A DNA stretch of 54,061 bases from positions 62,001-116,061 of the forward strand of contig CAUYUJ010000268.1 of the NCBI GenBank assembly GCA_963575745.1, written 5' to 3'. The stretch comes from Prorocentrum cordatum. Lineage: Eukaryota. The position numbers and the translations under genes were made by a program. Below, piece by piece: positions 47,145-54,061 of the stretch. The notes under the pieces are model-generated. The model was not told the DNA's origin. It was given only the letters and a program-made list of their open reading frames with translations, and did not search any database. The number at the start of each line of letters is the position of its first letter. The stretch's first letter is position 1.

Positions 47145-47837
47145 GATTGCCTCCGGTGTCCGCGCGTTGGCTGGCGCGCGACCGCTCGCCTCTCGCAGTA
47201 CCACGCGGTGCGCCTGCCCCGCTGTCGCGTGCAAAGGCACGAACGTGCGCATTCCTGTTAGGAAAATGATGGTCTGTCAGTGCCACGTCGGGGAAGGGAA
47301 GGAAAGCAGAAGGAAGGGCATACGTAGAGATTGTCTGACGTTCTCGACACCCCTGGAGTTTCCAAACGGCGGGGAGGGGGAGCGCGAGGGGGCGGGTCTG
47401 GCGCCCCCTCGTACATGGCCACGGAAGGCGTCGTGTGATGCCCTTCGCGGCGGACTTCGCAGTGCGAAAGGCGCCGGGCGCGTGCCCCTCGCGCTCCCCC
47501 CCGTGAAACCCCGTGGGACTTAAAATACGAGCCCCTGGAACTCGCCGGGGCTTGCTCGACGAGGTCTTGGGCGAATCACTTGGGTCCGCGGAGCCGTTCG
47601 GCGCATCTGCGTCGCTTTTTTTTTTCGCGCCGCGGTTTCTGCTAGATGCACCAGCAGGGCACCGAAGCATAGCCGAAGAAGCCGCCGCAGGCATAACGTT
47701 CTGCATGGCACACCAAGAAGGCCCAGAGGCCGCCGTAGGCGTATTTCCACGTGCGTTACGCTCCCCAGCACAGCCAGAGAGGCCGCCGTAGGCGTGGTTT
47801 CACGTGTAAGGCAGTCCCCAGGGGATGAGACCGACAT

Positions 47838-48160
47838 GGAAGCGCTTGGGAGCGCCAGGGAGCACCGGGGAGCGCCTGGGAGCTTGCCGGGAGCGCTTGG
47901 GAGCGCCTGGGAGCGCCATGCGCCTGGGTGCATTGGGAGCGCTTGGGAACGTGCCGAAAGCGCTGGGAGGCATCTAGGCGCTCCTGGGAGCGCCTGGGAG
48001 CGCTTGGGAGCGCCTGGAACGTTTGGGAACGCTTGGGAGCGCCTGGGAGCGCCTGGGAACGTTGGAGAGCGCCTGGGAACGTTGGAGAGCGCCTGGGACC
48101 GCTTGGGAGCACCTGATAGCGCTTGGGAGCGCCTGGAAGCGCTTGGGAGCGCCTGGGACG
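47838..48160. repeat. (GGGAGCGCCT)n 10-bp minisatellite (also in families A, D, E, F, H)
   Basis: Directly visible. Other tracts at ~17830-18400, 23455-23805, 27366-27660, 28815-29160, 29925-30205, 33580-34270, 41140-41200. Confidence 0.93.
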
Positions 48161-48507
48161 TGCGCCAGCCGAAAGGACGCCGCATACTGTATTTTCATAT
48201 GTTTTGCGGCCCCACTGACGGCCGAAAGAGCGCCGCATGCCGTATTTTCATAGGTTTGGAGCCCCAGGGGATGTAGGCGCCCGCTGCGAACCCACTGGCT
48301 GGGTTTTGGGTTAAGGGTTTTATTCATCTCTCGGAGCACTCACAAGGCATCCCCGCGGGGGAGCGCATCCTCCTCAGCGCTACGCGCTTCGTCGGTGCGG
48401 CGTGCGCGCATGGGCGGACTCGCTGATCGCTCGGCCAGGCGCCACGGGCTTCTGACGATGCACCGCCCGTGGCTTGCAGTTTAGGGTTTAGGGTTTAGGG
48501 TTTAGGG

Positions 48508-49910
48508 CTTCTGCGCAGAACCATCCTATCCCCCCCTCCTCAGGAGGTAGGGGGGGATGGATGGATGCGTTCTGTCCCACCCCATCCACCCAGAGTCATT
48601 GCTTTTAGGGTTTAGGGATCTACCCCCCACGCTCCCCCCTATCAAGGGGGGAAGGAGTGCTGGCGTCAGCCTGAGTGAGTGATGTGCGTCCCAGAAACAC
48701 GCGTGAACCGTAACAAGCGGGTCGGGTCGGGTCGAGCGCACTCGAGGGTTCGCCCGACCTCAACGTGCTTTGCATAGGATTGTGGTGGTTTACGTAGCGG
48801 GACGTAAAGATCCCCATAGCAGGCTCGATCAAGGGGTGCGCCTGGGAGCACGCGTGATCAGTTTATGATATTTTTTGCATAGGATTGTTATGGTTTACAT
48901 AGCGGGACGTACAGATCCCCATAGCAGGCTCGATCCAGGGGCGCGCCTGGGAGCACGCATGATCAGTTTATACTATGTTTTGCATAGGATTGTGGAGGGG
49001 GCCGTGAAGATCCGCACAGCAGGCTCGATCCAGGGGCGCGCTTGGGAACACACATCAATGTATAGTACGTTTTGCGTAGGATTGTTTACATAGCGGGACG
49101 TAAAGATCACCATAGCAGGCTCGATCCAGGGGCGCGCCTGGGAGCACGCATGATCAGTTTATACTATGTTTTGCATAGGATTGTGGTGGTGGGCCGTGAA
49201 GATCAGCATAGCAGGCTCGATCCACGGGCGCGCCTGGGAACACGCGTGATCATTTTATATTATGTTTTGCATAGGATTGTGGAGGGGGCCGTGAAGAGCC
49301 GCATAACAGGCTCGATCCAGGGGCGCGCCTGGGAACACGCATGATCAGTTTATACTACGTTTAGCATAGGATTGTTTACATAGCGGGACGTAAAGATCAC
49401 CATAGCAGGCTCGATCTAGGGGCGCGCCCGGGAGCACGCGTGATCAGTTTATAATATGTTTTGCATAGGATTGTGGAGGGGGCCGTGAAGATCCGCATAG
49501 CAAGCTCGATCCAGGGGCGCGCCTGGGAACACGCATGGTGAGTTTACATTTTGTTTTGCATGGGATTGTGGAGGGGGCCGTGGAGATCCGCATAGCAGGC
49601 TCGATCCAGGGGCGCGCCTGGGAACACGCATGATCAGTTTATACTACGTTTAGCATAGGATTGTTTACATAGCGGGACGTAAAGATCACCATAGCAGGCT
49701 CGATCTAGGGGCGCGCCCGGGAGCACGCGTGATCAGTTTATAATATGTTTTGCATAGGATTGTGGAGGGGGCCGTGAAGATCCGCATAGCAAGCTCGATC
49801 CAGGGGCGCGCCTGGGAACACGCATGGTGAGTTTACATTTTGTTTTGCATGGGATTGTGGAGGGGGCCGTGGAGATCCGCATAGCAGGCTCGATCCAGGG
49901 GCGCGCCTGG
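48508..49910 (+). mobile_element. Module G: telomere-flanked start followed by a ~96-bp tandem repeat (about 12 units, 48770-49910)
   Basis: 5' hairpin and internal TTTTAGGGTTTAGGG (48603-48617). Unit gcataggattgt..catagcaggctcgatccaggggcgcgcctggg. A 289-bp three-unit block is duplicated (from 49342 and 49631). Confidence 0.6.
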
Positions 49911-50366
49911 GAAGAGCTCTGGGGGGGCTCTTGGGGGGAAGCTTATGGGGAGAAGCTCCGCGGGAGAAGCTGGGGGAGAGCTCTGGGGGAGAGCTCTGTG
50001 GAGAAGCTCTGGTGGAGAGCTCTTGGGGGAGAGCTCTGGGGGATCTCTGGGGGAGAGCTCTGGGGGAGAGCTTCTGGGGGGGGCTCTGGGGAGAGCTCTG
50101 TGGGAGAGCTCTGGGGGTAGCTCTGGGGGAGGCCTCTGGGTGGGGGGCTCTGGGAGATAGAGCTCTGGATGATCGCTTGGGGGGGGGGCCTCTGGAGGGG
50201 AGCTCCGGGGGAGAGCTCCAGGGGAGAGCTCCAGGAGAGAGCTCTGGTGGGGAGCTCTGGGGGGGGGCTCTGGGGGGGAGCTCTGCGGGAGAGCTCTGGG
50301 GGGGGCTCTGGGGGGAGCTCTGGGGGAGAGCTCTGGGGGAGAGCTCTGGGGGAGAGCTCTGGGGGA
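49911..50366. repeat. G-rich minisatellite (GAGAGCTCTGGGG)n
   Basis: Directly visible, 13-14 bp degenerate unit. Confidence 0.92.
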
Positions 50367-51475
50367 GCCGAGCGGTATCCGTGAGCATCTGGCCGAGGGT
50401 TAGGGGTTATTCCCGGATAGCTCCTTGGAGAGCTGAGGGTTTCAGATATGAAGCCGGCGGTGGGTGGTGAGGAGCACACGCCCACCTCCGCCGCTCCACG
50501 ATCCTCGCAGCAATCTGCCGGTCCCGGCAGCGTATTCCGGGAGCTCTCCATGCACGCGTCCACGCGTGCCTGCACGCGTGCAGGCACGCGTGGAAGCGTC
50601 GCTGGCAGCGTTCCAGGAGCGCCTCAGGAGACCTCTCCAGAACGTTCAAGGAGAGCTCTCCAGAGTATTCAGAGCTTTCCAGGAAGCGTTTCCAGCTCCC
50701 GCAGAGCTCCGTCATGCGAATTTTCCAGCGTTTCCACGCACGCTAAACCGCGTGCGTGAGGCCGCCTGACACTCGTGAATCGCGCGCGTGAGCGGCCCGG
50801 GCTGGAGACCCCGGGCATACGCGGCCCCGGGACGAAGACCCGGGGTTCGCACTCCCACCCCTTCTCCCACCTCTTCTTTGCCCCCGGGCGCGCGCGTTTG
50901 CGCCCTGAGCATGCGCCCTGAGCAGGGCGTTAAAAGGCTCCGACCTGAGCAGGTCGTTAAACTGCTCCAGGGAGGGAAGGGGCTTCCGGCACTGCTGGAA
51001 ACCCCTTCCCGAGGCAGGGGGCGGGGGGAGAGGCTTCCGAATCCGTGGGAAACCTCTCCCCCTGGGGGGAAAGAGCCCCGGGCGAACGCCCGGGGGGTTC
51101 CAGAAGGGGCGCTCGGGGGCCTCTTTCGGATCCACCCCACCCCAACCCCCGGAAAAACACGCCCAAAAGAAAACCGCGGACGGGAGGGAAGGGAAGGGAG
51201 GGAAAGAAAGCAGCAGAGGGAAGAGAGGAAGGAAGGAGAACACGGGAGGAAGGAAGAAAAGCAAGCGGGAGAGGGAGAGAGCAGAGCAGGGCAACAGAGA
51301 AAGAAGAAAACGGGGAAAGAGGGGGACGACAGCGGCGAAGACGACGACGAACGCCCCGCGCCGCCGGCTCGCCAGCGCCGCGCCCCGCCCCGCGCGGCCG
51401 CCCCGGGACCCCCGCGCGCGCGCGGGGCCGGGGGGGCCGGGCGGGCGGGCGCCGGCGCTTGGGCGGCCGCGGCGC

Positions 51476-51538
51476 GCACACACGCGCGCCACACACACAC
51501 ACACACACACACACGCACGCGCACGCACGCGCACACAC
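51476..51538. repeat. (CA)/(CG) microsatellite
   Basis: Directly visible. Confidence 0.9.
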
Positions 51539-52227
51539 TGGATTGGACGGTCGCCCCCAAGGCGGCCGTCCTTTCCCTCCGGGGACGGCGGTCCTTCCCA
51601 ATCCCATGGGAGACCGTCGTCTTCACCCCTGCCATCCCCTTGGCAGGGGGGCGCTAGGCGCAGGCTCTAGGAGCATACTTCCCTCCCCGACGGCTGGGTT
51701 TTCCCCCAGCCGCCCCGGGGGTGTGACGGGGAATGAGGTAGTACTTGGTGAACTGCCGGTGAGACTGGGCATCCCCCAGTCTCATTTCAGCCTGGGCGCT
51801 AGGCGCAATTCGAGCCTTCGGGCAGGAAATGTTTTTGTGGATTTGGGGGCGGGAGCGGGGCCGGGACCGGGGCCAGGGGCGGGGGCCGGGCCGGGGCCGG
51901 GGACCCAGGGGCCGGGGCTGGGGACCCAGGGGCCGGGGCTTGGGGCAGGGGCGGGGTCCAGGACGCAGAGGGCTGCGCGGTGGGAGGGGAAAACGCTCGC
52001 GAATTTTCCGCGAGCGTTTTCCCGTCCAACGTGCAGCCCCCGGGGCGGCCTCAATTCCTTTGAAAGTGCGCGCTGGGAGGGGGAAATGCTCGCGAATTTT
52101 TCGCGGGCGTTTCCCTGCTCGGGGCAGGGTTTCTGCGAGACGGAGCTTCCTGGAAAAGGGCGCTTAGAGGGGGAAACGCTCGCGAAATTTTCGCGAGCAT
52201 TTTCGTGCCAGGCGCCCGTTTTGCAGA

Positions 52228-52503
52228 TTGGCGCGCCGTTTTCTGGAAAACGGGGCTGTGAGGGGGATTCTAACGCGGATTTTCCGCGCGAGTTTTCCGC
52301 TCCTGCGTGCGTTTTCTGGAGCGTTTCGGCCAGGGGTAAAGATGATGCGGAGAAAAGGGAAGTCTGGGTCCCGCGCGGCGGCGGCGTTGAAAATCGTTCC
52401 GGAGTGCGTTCAAAACTCCCGAGGAGACGCCAAAAATCGGTTGGGAGGCGATGATTTTTATGAGCGTGTGCTCGCCGGCGAAATTTCCGCCTTCGCAGCC
52501 AGC

Positions 52504-52536
<33 letters not shown>

Positions 52537-52731
52537 ATCTGCCGCGCCCCTGTCCGAGCTTCCGCAATAGCCATTGCTTTAGCTGAGCAGGAGGAGGAGG
52601 AGAAGGAGGAGAAGGAGGAGGAGGAGGAAGAGGAGGAGGAGGGAGAGGAGGAGGAGGACGAGGAGGAGGAGGACGAGGAGGAGGAGGAGGAGGAGGAGGA
52701 GGAGGAGGAGGAGGAGGAGGAGGAGGAGGAG

Positions 52732-52778
<47 letters not shown>

Positions 52779-53883
52779 CGACCGGGACCGGGACTGGGAC
52801 CGGGACCGGGAACGGGACCGGGACCGGGAACGGGATCTGGACCGGGACCGGGACCAGGACCAGGTGCTGGCCCGGGCGGGGGGCGGTGTCGGTTCTTGGG
52901 GGCGGTGCGCAGAGCGCCCGCCGGTCCGGGAGTCGCGCGCATGGGACGACCGGGTGCAGGAGTGTTTGCGCGCAGAGCACGCCGTGATCCATGAGGAGGT
53001 CGTCGATGATTCTGCGGTGGAGGCGGCGGAGCGCGAGCAGAAATCGCTCCGGAAAGTGTGCCGCGCGTCGTGCCGGCGGGCTCGGTGTGCGCGGCGGGAG
53101 GCGGAGTGGGCGCAGCGGACGGAGGCGGCGGCCGAGCGGAACGAGCAGCTTGCACGCCGTGTGCTGCCCCCCGTCGTGCCCCGCTTACTGCAGCGCGACG
53201 CGTCGCCGGGGCGGGTCTCGTCAGGGGGCACCGCCCGGGGGGCAGCTCGCATGAACGGGCGCGTGGAGCAGTTCCTGAACGCGCGCGCGGCACGTGCCGT
53301 CGACCCGGAGCAGCCGAAGGCGCGCGCTCCCCGCGCCGCCGCCGCGCCTGCGCCCGACGCGTCGTCGTGGACCGTGGGCGACGCGGCCCTGCGCGCAGCC
53401 TGCGTTCTCGTGGCTCTTGGCGTGTGCCCGCCCCAGGAAGACGGCAGAGTAGTAATGATGAGGAAGATCGCGGCGGCGCGCTGGTGGCAGCAGCGAGATG
53501 TGTTCGCGCGGGAGCTCCCAGACGCGCCCGAGCTGGCCGATCGTGAGGCCGCGGTCGTCACCGCGAGGTGGTTCTGCTGCGTGCTCTACGGGCTCTCGGC
53601 GCGGACGTGCGGCGGCCGCCGCGTCTGTGCGCGCCGCTTCTCGCCGGGCATCGGCATTGGCGGAGCGAAGTGCCGGGCTGCGCGGGAGTCCAAGGTCTTC
53701 GTCGGGGACCTGGCCGTGCGCGCTGCCTGCGCCATGATCGCTCTCGGAGCGTGTCCGGCGGGGCTCGGCGGGGCGACGCAGGACGGCGCCGTGCCCATGT
53801 CTGTTGGTGCATTCGGTGCCGCGCGCCCACCGCGCCCACGGCCGCGCGGCGGGCGCGGGCGGGGGAACCGCCGCGCGCGCTAG
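52228..53883 (+). CDS. Hypothetical protein with acidic tract and a duplicated 19-aa motif; start uncertain
   Basis: 551-codon ORF. VGDAALRAACVLVALGVCP and VGDLAVRAACAMIALGACP differ mainly by synonymous or conservative changes. Confidence 0.35.
52590..52860. repeat. Compound microsatellite (GAG)n(GAC)n(CGGGAC)n
   Basis: Directly visible. Confidence 0.95.
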
Positions 53884-54061
53884 TTCCCCCGTCGAGTGGC
53901 GTGGGAAGTGCCTGCAGAGCGCAGTGGCTGAGCTCGTGGGGGGCGACGCCGCGAGGCAATTCGGTCGCGCGTGTCAGAACCACGAGGGTTCGGGCGCCTG
54001 CGGGTCGCTGGTGGAGCGCTGGAATTTCGAGGTCGTCGTCCAGCACTTGCGCTCCCGCTTC

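Larger units (their letters stand above)
34607..48479 (+). mobile_element. Autonomous Helitron-like (Helitron2/Helentron-type) rolling-circle transposon embedded in telomeric repeats
   Basis: (TTTAGGG)6|cctgca ... RepHel ORF ... hairpin gccacgggc/gcccgtggc (48441-48473) ttgcag|(TTTAGGG)4. The ends are defined by homology with 32652-34564. Confidence 0.85.
17596..48507 (+). repeat. Dispersed short telomeric (TTTAGGG)n tracts, all G-strand on +
   Basis: Tracts at about 17596-17616, 18466-18486, 20346-20366, 21705-21718, 22977-22997, 23818-23831, 25197-25217, 27135-27162, 27918-27938, 28638-28654, 30401-30529, 31067-31097, 31765-31805, 31900-31925, 32604-32651, 34565-34606, 48480-48507. Confidence 0.95.

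Noticed and set aside
52561..52590. Spliced-leader-like tccgcaatagccattgctttagctgag (and ctgtagcctttg in the 109-bp unit)
   Set aside because: Needs several gaps to align to DinoSL; could be chance.
50712..53561. Long overlapping ORFs on both strands other than 52228..53883
   Set aside because: Explained by very high GC and simple repeats; no motifs.

Overview
Eukaryotic, GC-rich and almost entirely repetitive DNA, most likely dinoflagellate (TTTAGGG telomere repeats plus a 19/22 match to the dinoflagellate spliced leader). No ordinary host gene can be supported. 1-17.3 kb is a retroelement graveyard: the 3' end of a LINE (RT plus an apparently circularly permuted RNase H) with a (GTA)n tail, a 1.4-kb TIR element inside that tail, a 6-kb Penelope-like element with N-terminal GIY-YIG, RT and 300-bp pseudo-LTRs inserted in a (CA)n tract, and a decayed gag-like region. 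17.3-50.4 kb is a head-to-tail array of about 20 modules from several sequence families, nearly all bounded by short (TTTAGGG)n tracts on the + strand. One module (34607-48479, 13.9 kb) carries an uninterrupted HUH-endonuclease/PIF1-helicase (Helitron-type RepHel) ORF and shares both ends with an adjacent 1.9-kb non-coding module. The best candidate for an undescribed system is therefore a family of telomere-repeat-targeted rolling-circle transposons with non-autonomous partners. These share a 5' hairpin / internal telomere dimer / hairpin architecture and a covarying 27-nt hairpin. 50.4-54 kb is low-complexity DNA with one possibly real ORF. All family assignments come from motif recognition by eye; no searches were run.
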